Positions 13,307 to 25,705 of a stretch of DNA of 64,000 bases are shown in pieces (within the stretch, counting starts at the first letter, position 1; the number at the start of each line of letters is the position of its first letter). A model generated the notes under the pieces. The model was given only the letters and a program-made list of their open reading frames with translations. It was not told the DNA's origin and ran no database searches. Location of the stretch: positions 160,243 through 224,242 of the forward strand of contig JAAPAO010000004.1 of NCBI GenBank assembly GCA_013115145.1. Reading direction: 5' to 3'. Made by a program: the position numbers and the translations under genes. This stretch comes from Perkinsus chesapeaki ATCC PRA-425. Lineage: Eukaryota > Protista > Perkinsozoa.

Positions 13307-14210
13307 ATGCCAACAATTGGGGTAAATCCTCCGCCGCCTGAAGTGGGGTTAAAGAACGGAGAAGTGGATAAAGGAGGAGTAAGTTGAAGAGTATGGAGTG
13401 AGAATTATAATTATAATAGTCGGAGGGCGAAGATGAGGATGATGACGAGGATAACAATGATGATGACGAAGAGGAGGAGGTACCGTTATATGATCCAAGA
13501 TTCAGACGTTTAAGCCATGCTGAGTGTGATAGTAGACGTGAGAGTTTAATGCATGAAGTGGCTGAAAGGTAGTAATATAAATATATTATTATTAGTTATA
13601 ATAATAGGCATTCACGACGACCTTCTATACAATTTGCATTAAATGAGAATGAAGTGACTGAGATACCTTACGAGACAATTGAAGGAGCAGCTAATATAGG
13701 ACAGAATAATAATAACGAAGATGATGATGAAGACGACGACGACGAGGAGGAGTCTGCTGGACTATCACCATCTAGTGAATCAGATGATGTCGTTGTTGTT
13801 GATGAGTTACCATCATCAACAGCAGCGGCAGCGGCAGCAGCATCTAAAAATGATGGAACGGTAAATATCGTTATATTTATAGTAATATAAGTGTGGTATT
13901 TCAGGAGACTCGACGACGGTCATCGAATCATGAACCACGTCGAAGGTCATCACTTGAAATGTGTTCTATTGAATCTAAAGCTGAACATGAATTAAGAGAA
14001 CGTGAGATGGCACATCGAAAGTATATGGAAAAGGCAGCTATTGATGGTGAACCACATGTTGATTTTGATGTTAAGGTGAGGAGGAGGATAATAAACCTTA
14101 GTAATTAAATAATTCAATATTAGGTTGAAGTAGAAACGTATGAAGTACCAAAAGTAGTAGCAGCAGCACCATCTACTACCCCTACCGCTAATACAATCAT
14201 TAATGCATGA
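13307..14210 (+). CDS. Hypothetical acidic protein with repeated RRxS motifs, multi-exon
   Basis: In-frame exons MPTIGVNPPPPEV..., SEGEDEDDDEDN...RRLSHAECDSRRESLMHE, RRPSIQFAL, RRRSSNHEPRRRSSLEM, ending TANTIINA-stop at 14210. Start uncertain. Confidence 0.45.
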
Positions 14211-15002
14211 CCAGCAACAGCAGCAGCGGCAGCAGCAGCAGCATCAGGTTGCCATCAATACTTCTCATATAGCATGTCTTATCTATTTAATGTTGTCATT
14301 ATTATTATTTACTTAGTGGTTGATATGTCGTTGATAATACTCTATAGAGTTTACGTACTCAATCAAGAACCAGGGGCAAGGAGGTAAACATAATAGATGA
14401 TACCTCAGCAGCGTGACGTCTGTATCCCACTAAAAGAGTTAGGCAATGCAAGGACTCGTAGCTATATGTCCCAGAAGAGAAGCAATTTAGATCTAATATA
14501 GCAGGCAAACAACTACAAACACAGGTACAAGAGGAACAACCTCCAACCACAATACTCAGAATTGTGCGCTAGGTGATGACACTTGTAACATATCTACTTT
14601 AATTGGTACATAATACAGTGGTATAGCCCGGAGAAGGAGTTGGAACTAATTATTATAGTTATACTTATGCACCTCGGTCACGGGTGAGTCACCATCTAAC
14701 GAATGGGACATCACTTGTGGGGGCGAAGAAGACATAATGGTGATTGCACGCATGTACTCGGAAATGGTTGGATACGATATAATGACCTCAGCTCGCTTTA
14801 TAGTTATAATAGTAGGTGAATCTACTAGAATGTTATTATGTTATAAATATGTACAGTAGAGATTGAGGACTCTCCTCTTTTAATAGGCTGCATTACAATA
14901 TAAAGGGTGTACCGCAATACGTGTATGCGTGCTAATCCATGTTCATGCGTGCAAGGGTAATTGAGGCTAGGTGATGATAGAGTGTTTGGCATTATTATTC
15001 AT

Positions 15003-16457
15003 ATGGCAACTTCTTCTCCTTGTAATGAAATGTCAACTTTAAAGGGTCCTTCTACAAAGAGTAAGATAGGATTCAACCCTTTACCTGATGGTGGACTATT
15101 GGCTTCTGCTGTGACATTATGTAAAGCAACACTGGGAGCTGGCAGTCTTGCCTTACCGGGTTCGATGATGTCAACTGGTATACCATTATCAATAATATTA
15201 CTTATTGGTCTTGGTATATTATCGATGATATCTATTAATATGATTGTAAGAGCTCAAACCCATTCTCGTATGGATACTTTTGAAGAACTAGTTAGAAGTT
15301 ATTTTAATAACCTAACTGGTTATCTATTTGAGGTGGCAATGGTTATATTCTGTTTTGGTACTGCAGTAGCATATCTTATTACTGTTGGTGACCTACTTAT
15401 ACCAATATTCACTCGAGCGTTTGGCCAAGATGCCTTAGATCAACCGTACGCTTATCCTTTTGTCAATCGTCCAGTCTTTACCGTTATCGTCGCTGCTATA
15501 CTACTACCATTATGTCTCGTTAATCGCATTAATAATATACGTTGGGTATCAATGGCTGGTGTATTATCAATATTAATCCTTGCAATATGTGTCTTCTATG
15601 TCTTCATTAAACGTGGGCTTGCTATCGATATTTCTCCATCACAAATATGGTTACCAACTAATGGTTTTGGGCCTGTTGTTGGTGCTATATCTGGGTATAT
15701 TTTTGCATATGTTTGTCAAGTAAATGTACCTCAAATATATGCTGAGCTAACACCACGTAAAGAATCATCAATGAGAATAGTCTCAGCTATATCAGTAAGC
15801 TTATGTTTCGTCACTTATCTTACCATTGGTATTTTTGGTTTCCTTACCTATGGTACATCAACTCAAGGCTCTATAGTGAAGAATATGACAGAAGAATTCA
15901 ATAATGGTGATGTCTTTGTTACTGTATCCTTCATTCTTATGGCCTTAGCAGTTCTAGCTGCCTATCCTCTTAATATATTCCCTATACGAGCATCAGTTAA
16001 AGCAACGATACGTGGTATAACAGGGAAAAGGGGGCCATTTTCGTGGTGGGTTGGACCTCTAATAGTTATTCTCAGTATAATTCTCAGTGTAGTGGTTGCT
16101 ATATATCTACCTGATGTTCAGACCGTTCTGTACTTTGTTGGTTCTGTAACAGGATCATATATCGTATATGTGGTACCAGGAGGATTCTGTGTCAGATTAC
16201 TTAACAATACATTTTATACTAATCAAGCTAATGATAGGCCGACTATTGAAGAGGCTACCACTGTTGTCGTTGTTGATAAGGATAATTCTGCAGCTGCTGC
16301 TGCAGCTGATGTTAAAGAATATAGTGAAGATATAAGTAGATGTAAATATGACTATTCAGCATGGTTATCTTGGGGTATGATAATACTCGGATTAATCTTT
16401 TTTATTGTTGGTTCGTATCAAAGTGTTGTCGATGTCATCGATTTCTATTCAACATAA
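15003..16457 (+). CDS. Amino acid transporter (Aa_trans / SLC38-SLC36-like), intronless
   Basis: TLCKATLGAGSLALP, FAYVCQVNVPQIYAEL, about 11 hydrophobic segments; first ATG at 15003. Confidence 0.9.
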   Translation: MATSSPCNEMSTLKGPSTKSKIGFNPLPDGGLLASAVTLCKATLGAGSLALPGSMMSTGIPLSIILLIGLGILSMISINMIVRAQTHSRMDTFEELVRSYFNNLTGYLFEVAMVIFCFGTAVAYLITVGDLLIPIFTRAFGQDALDQPYAYPFVNRPVFTVIVAAILLPLCLVNRINNIRWVSMAGVLSILILAICVFYVFIKRGLAIDISPSQIWLPTNGFGPVVGAISGYIFAYVCQVNVPQIYAELTPRKESSMRIVSAISVSLCFVTYLTIGIFGFLTYGTSTQGSIVKNMTEEFNNGDVFVTVSFILMALAVLAAYPLNIFPIRASVKATIRGITGKRGPFSWWVGPLIVILSIILSVVVAIYLPDVQTVLYFVGSVTGSYIVYVVPGGFCVRLLNNTFYTNQANDRPTIEEATTVVVVDKDNSAAAAAADVKEYSEDISRCKYDYSAWLSWGMIILGLIFFIVGSYQSVVDVIDFYST

Positions 16458-17872
16458 CAGTCTTAAGCAATAATAGTATTATCGCTATTATCTATTAAAC
16501 ATCTCATCAAGTATCATGTTTTGGTTAAGTGTCGATAATAGAGTTAATGGCAGCAGTAGAATAGACTTATGATGAATTCAATATCAATTATTATTGCGGT
16601 TATCAGCAGCAGCAGGGGCAGGGGCAGGGCTTACGTTTGAATCAACATATGGTATACGGTATACCTGTGATGATATCTGATGAGTTGATTGCACATTTCC
16701 AAGTTGCTTGTGGAATAAGTTGAATAATTGTAATTGTGAGGTATTCAAGGTAGTAGTAGTAGTCTACTAAAGGTTAGTTTTTAATTCACGCGAACACAAC
16801 AAGCTCGCGGTAAACTTGGATGAAAATAGGAAAGGTAAATACAATCACTACGATTCGGAGCAAAAAGTTTTTAAATCACCAACGCCGCCGCCACCACGGC
16901 AGCAGCAGCAGCACATAGCCTAGTCCATATAGAATGTACTAGACTACGGCGACGTACTAGCGGCAAGGAGTTCTATCTTCGTAGCAAGTCATCTCAGGCA
17001 GCTCGGAAGATGACTCACCTCACCTTACTCACCCATTCGAAGAATATACCATCTACAGCCATCATCATCATCTCGTCTTCTCACAACTTGGAGTGCTTCA
17101 ATAAATCGTAGTTGTATCGAGTCATATGTTGGCGAATAATTGAATGGTTAAATCACTGATGTATTGGATGATTTTTAATGATTCTTTGTTGTTGGTAATG
17201 CCATTGGCAATATCTTACAATGCTGGGTAAGCCTATATTTACATGAAATTGGAATTCGGGCTTCACAGGTTGGTAGAATTAGGCTCTAAGCATCTAATAT
17301 CGCTATTTCCTGTGGACTATATAAAGTTTAATGAGGAATAGAGCTACTGGACCATGTCGTGAGATATGGTCCCCAGGGTTTCACATGATTGTTCGTAAGT
17401 TGCACAGGTCCTCTGGAGCTTCTAGCTTCATCATTTTTAGAGCAGGCTTCAGCACAAGTACATCCTCATTTTAGCCATTGTTCTTCTTGGAAGCTAGTGA
17501 GCATTTTGTACCATGTCCGCCGCCGCCACTTGGCCACTTCGTGTCCTCGATGGCAAAGGGGGATTGATGAGAAGGACAGCAGCTGCTTTGTAGCTGCAGT
17601 GCTATGTCATGTGCATGGCAAGTGTCACTTGCCCCGTTGACATTGTCATGGTTAAGCCGTTCGTGAGGTGCGGGCAACCGCCGCTTCTTCGTGGGTAAGC
17701 ATATATAACCAGTGGTAGATATGGAGGATGGTAGCACTGGTAGTTTGTAACGTGTCTTATGTAATCATGCCTTAAACAACAACAACAATGACGCTATCTA
17801 TTATACACATTATCTAACTCAAGTATTATCTTATGTTTAAGTGGTGAAGTGTCAATGGAAATGGCAGTTATC

Positions 17873-20800
17873 CTATATCTTACCAATGGCGGCTATGCAA
17901 CGATTTTCAGGGCTTATACTAGAATCAACATATGTTCTATATGATACTTTACCACATCTACAGAAACACAAATGTTCATTATCACTAATACAACATAGTC
18001 TTGCTTATTGTTATTATTACTTCATAGTCCTTATTAACCATGTTACTCTACATAAATCTATTAATACTTTAACTAGTCTACCACAATAAGCCTTTTCTGG
18101 CGATATATTTGCCCTCTTTGCTGCCTTCGATATGGATGGTGAAGGTTCATGTGAAGTTGCCCATCCAGCCATTGCTCTCAGTATTGCAAATGAACTAGGA
18201 TCATATACCTCTGGTATAAGGCTAGTTAATACCTGATAAAACTAACAGTAATAAGAGCTGTTGCTGCTGCTGCTGATCACTGCTATAATGCTTAGTCATT
18301 ACTCACCTCTTTCCCACATAACATATCATATTCACATCTATGATGACAACATGTTGCTATTAATGCAGATGGTCTCACTACTGTTGATGATGATGAAATA
18401 GACAACAAAGTCCCTACAGTAAGTGTATATAATAACTACTTCAACAACAACAACAGACCACTATTACTTAAACTCAGATCGGTAGCGCTACCACACAGAT
18501 GTTTGGCTATACAACATGTATAGTTTGGTGGCCAGCCTGTTTGAGATGTTATCATATCATATCTGGATATAATAATACATCATCATCAACCTTAATTATA
18601 TCATTACCTATCCCATAACTTTTTAAGTCTTTCATCATATCCAATAGAAGTCATTTTACACTTATTATCTTTTACCTTACTACGAACATCATCATGTTCA
18701 TCGTTATTATTATTATTATCGTCTATATGGGTAAAGAACTGTCCAAGATTTAGGTCTGCTATATCCATTCTCAATCGCATAACCAATGACAATGGTGAAG
18801 AGGAGGATTCATTATTATTATTAACGTCTTTTCTATTCTCTTGTTTGTTACGTCGTGCTTCTCTATCAACCAATAGGAATGTCCTATTACATATATATTA
18901 TTATATAATTCATGTTGATGTTCATGCAGCATTACATTACCAAGGTTTAGAATGATGATGACCCTCATCCTTCATGTTGATGTATTCTTCTTGTTGTTGT
19001 CGTTGTTTATGATATTCCATAACCCAACGTGATAATCCCCCTCTACCACATCCATATTCAATATATAATGGTAACTAAGTAATAAACAATGACAATACAG
19101 GGTGTTCCAATTTGTTATGCAAATCAGTAAAACAGAAGTTTCACCGCGAATACTCAGCGTTTCGGTTTGAAACTTTCGCAGATTATACATTAACAATATT
19201 ATGACAGCATACAATGAAATCACGAAATCGATAGACCGTTTCACATGAAATGAGGCGAGCGAATTTTTTGGGTCCAGCGCGCCGTTCCAATTCGTTATGC
19301 GAAAAAGTTGTAATCGTGTTAACATGGCCCGTGGAACCTTCCTCACCGAATCGGAACGATCAACAATCATCAAGTGCTTAGCCAGCGGTGAAACAGCGCT
19401 GCAGATCTCAAAAAAACTGGGCAGAGACCCTCGAACAGTCAAAAGTTTCACCAATGACCCTTCTAGAAAGTACGTGAGGCCAAAGGGCGCTTATAAGACG
19501 AGCGTTACCCCTCGCGAGCCGTCAACAGGACGCCTCTCAGCACCAGCAAGAGATTGTTTGAAGAAGCAGGAATCCCGATGAAATGCAAAACGACTCGGTG
19601 CCGGGTACTAAAGTCCATTGCAAGCGTCAAGAAGCCCCGCGCCACTCCCCTGCTGACCACGAAACACCGTCAGGCTAGGCTGCGATGGGCTTGGGACAAT
19701 ATCAAAAGAGAGTTTGGCCACATAATATGGACTGATGAGGCCAGGGCGACACTGGACGGCCCTGACGGGTGGAGTCGTGGGTGGATTACCCACCATGGAT
19801 CAGTACCAGGGAGAACTAGGCGCCAGCATGGTGGAGGCGGAGTCATGTTCTGGGCTGGAATTGTATCCGGCGAGCTTATAGGCCCATTTAGGGTAGCGAA
19901 AGGCGTTAAGATGGACTCCAAAGAGTAGGACATCAACGCTGCGCGCACCATGTTCCAATATCATAGATACTGCAAGCTTCTAGATCAAACTTTGATTCCC
20001 TGGTATCGCCAGCAGCCTTTAGCCAGACGCAAGAAGCTTGTGCTGATGCAGGATAATGCCCCATCCCATTGCAGCCAGTTTTCAAAAGAATCCTTACGAA
20101 AAAAGGGAATCGGAGAGGCAAAAATCCTGCCGTGGCCATCCAACAGTCCAGACCTTAACGTCATTGAGAACCTCTGGAGCTTTATCAAACAGTGAGAAAC
20201 TAATACGTTGTGCATAGCTATCCCAGGACTGCTTACTAGGGATATCTATGGAGAGGGACGACAATATAGCACCCTAGACGAGCTGTGGAGTGCCATCGAG
20301 AGGTCGGCCAGGGAAGTGCCAAAAAGCTTCATAGAAAAGCTCTGCGATTCCATCGACAGCAGACTCCGAAGGTTAATTGCTAGACATGGTGGACATGTGG
20401 GTGCATGAGAACATGATTTGAACTTGACAAGTTTCTTTTTGGGCCGACTACAGTTTAGTTGCATAACGAATTGGAACGGCGCGCTGGACCAAAAAAAATT
20501 CGCTCGCCTCATTTCATGTGAAACGGTCTATCGATTTCGCGATTTCATTGTATGCTGTCATAATATTGTTAATGTATAATCTGCGAAAGTTTCAAACCGA
20601 AACGCTGAGTATTCGCGGTGAAACTGCTGTTTTACTGATTTGCATAACAAATTGGAACACCCTGTATTATAATAATGGTATTACACTATTATTATTATCA
20701 TGAAGCATTCCCTCTTCTTCCAACACAGATAACAGTCTTGCATTTTGTATATCATGTTTATCATCATGTGTATCACAATTACCATGGCCACTAACATGAC

Positions 20801-21801
20801 CAACTATTTCCTTTTTAACCCGTTCTACAATAGCTCCACCTTCCGTACTACTATTCTCCTTGTCAATAACATTAATCCCTAAAAGTAGTGGTACAACAAC
20901 AACACATTGTACCTATTACCCCCTTAAATATGATATTACCATTCTTTAATACATCCCTTGCTGCTGAACAATAACAATAGTTCTTCTTCTTGTTATCATT
21001 ATTATTTTCTAATTCATCAATTAGTTTACGTACCTTACAATAGTCCCTATATAATAATATAGGCCTACTATTACCGCATTCTCCAACTTTATCCTCCATT
21101 CTTTTATTATTTTATCTTCATTATCCTTTTCGACATCATCAACAAGTCTTATATCATCAAGGCTTGGATCTGGCCTTTTCCCCTCCGGTACATTACCTAT
21201 TAATGAGGATAAGTCCTTCTTATCTAGTTCTTCTTATTCTTGTTGTTGTTACATCCTTTATTATATAATGGTTGTGATATTATAAAGTTATTATCCTTAG
21301 TTTTACTACATACTGCTATATGTTTATTCAGATTACGTTTATATCTACTTAACTGATAACAAGTGTCATTGAATGTCATCATATTATTACATAGAATGAT
21401 TTGGGTCAATAGGACATGGTATCCTTTCTTTATCACCTTCAGCATTATCTTCATGAACCTGCATTATTATCAAGTATGATCTAATTAAACCGTTCTTCGT
21501 TATTACACTACATTTACTTGATCCTTTTATTGGTTCAAATTTACAATACCGATGCTTGGAAGTAACCCAGAAATCACCTATATGCATCATCATCATCATC
21601 ACCCACATGGTATACCCTTACACTAGCCCCCCCGCCCCGCCCCCCATTAGTACAATGTCTTGTTTTTGTATCATCATTTTCCTTTTCTCTCTTTTCCCTC
21701 ATAATACGTCTCCTTTCTTTACGTGACATCTTCCTTAATTCACTCTTTGTATCAACTGCATTACCCTTCCTCGGCAGTTTTGAGTAGGGTTCTGCTGACA
21801 T
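17873..21801 (-). CDS. TRM13: tRNA:m4X methyltransferase TRM13, multi-exon, transposon in one intron
   Basis: Zn-finger exons (FWVTSKHRYCKF..., RIPCPIDPNHS, LNKHIAVC); motif I YIEYGCGRGGLSRWV; VDRE; LRMDIADLNL; IAKHLCGSATDLS; IATCCHHRC; C-terminal YVDSSISPENRCI with TAG at 17873-17875. Confidence 0.88.
19098..20664 (+). mobile_element. Tc1/mariner DD37E (TRT-like) DNA transposon, 1567 bp, about 203-bp TIRs, TA target-site duplication
   Basis: TIRs 19098-19300 and 20461-20664 are near-identical and begin CAGGGTGTTCCAATTTGTTATGC. TA at 19096-19097 and 20665-20666. Internal transposase present. Confidence 0.95.
19324..20408 (+). pseudogene. DD37E transposase, frameshifted near 19517, two predicted introns (19925-19966, 20192-20239)
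   Basis: MARG HTH start; WTDEARATLDGPDGW; QHGGGGVMFWAGI; QDNAPSH...SPDLNVIENLW with 37 residues between D and E. The frame break between TPRE and VNRTPLSTSKRLFEEAG implies a small deletion. Confidence 0.85.
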
Positions 21802-22379
21802 TTCCGAATGACCTTATTCCGGTACTGGTACTAATAAAACACAAATCATAGCAAAGGTAAACCTGGGGAGCCACTCAAAAGTAACATCAGAACAGTAATT
21901 TACCACCACCATGTCAACACACTGATGGTGATTCCAAATGTTGGTTTAAATTAATAAATGTCAGCAGCAGCATCCGTGGAGATAATACTTGATCTACCAC
22001 AATCAGCATTATAGTAGGGCGGCCTGGAGGTAATATGCCCCGTGCGGATATGTATTCGATATCTTTCATAATAAATAAACAACCTCCTTTGATACAGTGG
22101 TAATAAGGGTACTGCCAGAGACATGGCCGACAGAGATTCTTACAATTTGCACGAAACTTGTATTTCCCCCACCGCCGTGGATCGCTACTCCTCCTCCTCC
22201 TGTTGAACATCTGTCTGTGTTGTTGTTGTTGTGTGAGTTGGGTATTGTCTGAAGGTCCTCTTGTCATTTGTAAAGCGAGGCACCCCATCGATGGCTCAAG
22301 TAGTAGCTGGTGAAATATACAGTTATTGCCGCAGCTGCCGGTAACTACTTTACAAGTAGTTGTTGTTGTATTAAATATA

Positions 22380-25300
22380 ATGACATCTGAACAACAACGT
22401 CATATAGATGATAATATACCCGAATCACACGTTAAATTATCAATATCTGCAGATGAGGTTAATCTATTAATATATAGATATCTATTAGAAGCTGGTAATC
22501 TATATTGTTATATAAGAAATACTATAGCATTTAGGATTCCGTCATACAGCATTCACATTCGAAGCTGAATCTAAAGTACCTCAAACGAGTCCATTTGCAA
22601 CAACACAAATACCACCAGGAGCATTAGTATCATTATTACAAAAAGCACTGATATATTTATATATACAAAGTCATTGTGGAAAGGTAGTAGTATTAATATT
22701 AGTTGGTTATATACATATTATTAGAATGGTGAACAATTAAGGTGTGAAGGGTCATTTAGTTTATTAAGGCCGCATGAGTAATATTATTATTATTATTTAT
22801 ATAATATATAATGTAGACATGTTATACCTAGTACAACAGTATCAGAGGTAGATGAAGAATACAGTAATGCAGTAACACTTAGGAAAGACGATATGAAGAC
22901 GACGATATCATCAAGTCGTAATAATAATATATAACAGCCTTATTATTAATAGCAGGTTCTAGGGGACGAGGTAATCGTACTGAGACTGATGATACTAGTA
23001 TAGAAGATGACGAAGAAGAAGATGATGTTAGACAAGGGCGACGGCAGCAGCAGCAGCACAGGAGGAAGAGTGGTATCGATATTGATGATGATACCCCAGA
23101 GAGTGGTGGGGGTAGTACTAGTAGTAGTCCTAGAAGTAAAAGGAGAAGAAGAAGAAGAATTATACAAGAAGGAGAAGATGATGATGATGAAGATGAAGAA
23201 GATGATGATGATGTTGAAATGGGTTATGATATAAAGGATGTAATGATGATATATATAGTATAGAGTAATAGGGGGTTATTAGGGTAATATTGATGATGAT
23301 GATGAAGATGATGATAGTAGTAGTATAGCTGGATCAAGGATGAGTAAAGGTGTGGAAGATGTGGATTATGATGGAGATAATAAAAAGACTAAGGTTATAA
23401 TAGATATTGGTATAATACAACACTATATGTAGTATTTTAGAATACTAAGAAAGAAGAAGAAAAAGTGGAAGAGTATATGATGAAAGATGATGAGACTGTT
23501 GAAGCTGCTGTTGAAGCATCATCATCATCACAGCCGCAAGTAGTTGAAGCAAACTCTAGCACAACTGCTGCTGCTGCTGTTGGTGTGGTTGGTGATGGAG
23601 TGGAGGAAGGGTCAATAGTTGGACCTAAAATAAGAAAGCGGGGACGGTTAGTGACTGCTGGACCACTAGGAATAATAGAGGATAATAAGATAGAGGAGGT
23701 GGAGGAGGATATACAGTTAAAGGAAGTAGAGAAGGAGGACGGGGATGGGGAAAGAGAGGATGATATTGATGATGATGATAAATTACCTATAATGCCATTA
23801 GTGTAATATTGTTAATATAGGTGATCGATTGGATTATTGATATTATTGATAGATATCAATTATTAGATCCGAGTAGAGATACATCCTCATTACATTGTCC
23901 ATCACCAGTATTATCAATGCAGTGGTCACCATCCTTCGACGATTTATTAGCAACAGCTAATAGTGATGGACAATTATCGTTATTTTGGTCACCTAGTAGT
24001 AGTAGAAAAAGAAGAGTATCCACATCACATATAATTAATGAAGATAATAGTAATGAGGGTGATAATAATAATAATAAGGTAGAATGGAACGCGGCATATA
24101 ATAATAGTAATAATAATGTCATTGGGTATTTAATGGTGGATGGACCAACTACTACAACAACAACAAAAACTAATACTGATAATACACCTGTTATATCATC
24201 ATCGTCAACGGCGGCGGCGGGTACCTCAACTACATCACAGATATATCTATCATGGTCTCCTAAATCAGTAGTAGGTAGTGGTGGTGAAGATGAAGATGGT
24301 CGTTGTTGTTTATATACAGTTATAGCGATGGCTTCGGAGAGTAGTCCTATTATTAGATTAAGATGGATAAAAGAAGAAGATAATAATAGAGGGTATTCAG
24401 TAGTTGGTAGATATGATATAAATAGTAGTAGACATGATGATGATGAAATAGATGATAATAAAGTTGGTGGATATCACTCTTTATTATTCTGTGGTGCTGG
24501 TAGAAATAATAATACAACAGCAAGAGCAGCAGCAGGTGGTGGTGATGATGGTGATGGTAGTAGTAGTATGGTGTATTTAAGTGGTAGTTGTGATAATGAA
24601 AGTATTGTTATATGGCAAGTTAATTGTAGCATACCTAACGATATACCACAGATAATGTTAATAATTAATGATACACCATCATTCTCATTAACATGGATAG
24701 GATCTACTTATTTAGCTGTTGGTACATTATCACCATATCTATTATTAATAGATACTAGGGATAATACACAGAAAAAGCTATTAATTAATGATGATGATGA
24801 AGCAGCAACAAGAAGAAAAAGTACTCATGATGAGGATGATGAGGATGAGGAGGGGGAATGTAATGATGGCATTGGTGGTGGTGGTGGTAATAATAGATTT
24901 ATACTTGAATGCGTGGCATATTATGATGAAGATGGTATTGGTAGTAATAATAATAGTAGATTGGCAGCTATAACTGATAGTGAACCTACTGATGCATATA
25001 TAACAGTATGGATGGATCCAACAGCAAGGAGACCTGGTAAACCCATTATATTGAAACCTGGTGCTCATGGTAGTGGTAGTAGTACTTCATCATCATTACA
25101 AGTACAAGAGATGTTAAGATGGATGCCTGGTAGTAATGGTAATATATTATGTGCCTGTTATGAGGGTGGTATTGTAGTAGTATGGGATATTATTAAAGAG
25201 AATATATTATACACATTACCATGTATTGATACTATAACAGCAATATCATGGCAAAATAATAATATACCACCACCACCAGCAGCAGCAGTGTCAGCAGCCT

Positions 25301-25518
25301 ACCCATTATTGGTTACATTAATAATGGGTAGGAAATGTTTAATATGGAGTGAAGGTAAAATAATATCGGCATTTGACTTAAGATGTGATGATAATGATGA
25401 TAATGCATTTGCTGGTTGTATAGCATGGTCATATAATGATAATTATTTAGCAACTAATGCAGGAGGTAATGAGACACCATTAATATTTGATGTAACACCA
25501 ATTGTTATTGAAGAATAG
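22380..25518 (+). CDS. TBL1/SIF2-like LisH + WD40 protein, multi-exon
   Basis: ISADEVNLLIYRYLLEAG/FRHTAFTFEAES and IPPGALVSLLQKAL are TBL1 N-terminal signatures; WD-like repeats in ORF 23821-25518. Confidence 0.7.
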
Positions 25519-25705
25519 AGCTAGTTATACAACTATCCCACAGTTTACAGTGATATAATAATAATAAACCTCGTATTCTTAAATAACAACAATAATAACT
25601 ATTATTATTATTGTATAATATTATTCAACACATTTCACAAAATATACTCTTGTTGTGTTGTTCTTCTTATTATCATTAGTTGTTGTTGTTGTTATTATTA
25701 CTATA

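Noticed and set aside
15003-16457. Transporter as the taurine importer for Xsc
   Set aside because: It is 14 kb away with many unrelated genes in between, and specificity cannot be read from the sequence.
18972-20703. Near-identical ORFs 18972-19454 (-) and 20518-20703 (+)
   Set aside because: Both are chance readings of the two transposon TIRs.
21627-21645. C-run tract as a minus-strand G-quadruplex
   Set aside because: It falls at the Gly-rich end of the first TRM13 exon, and nothing supports a separate function.
21914-22288. 124-aa minus-strand ORF upstream of TRM13
   Set aside because: No recognisable domain, and it lies in the divergent upstream region; it cannot be supported without expression data.
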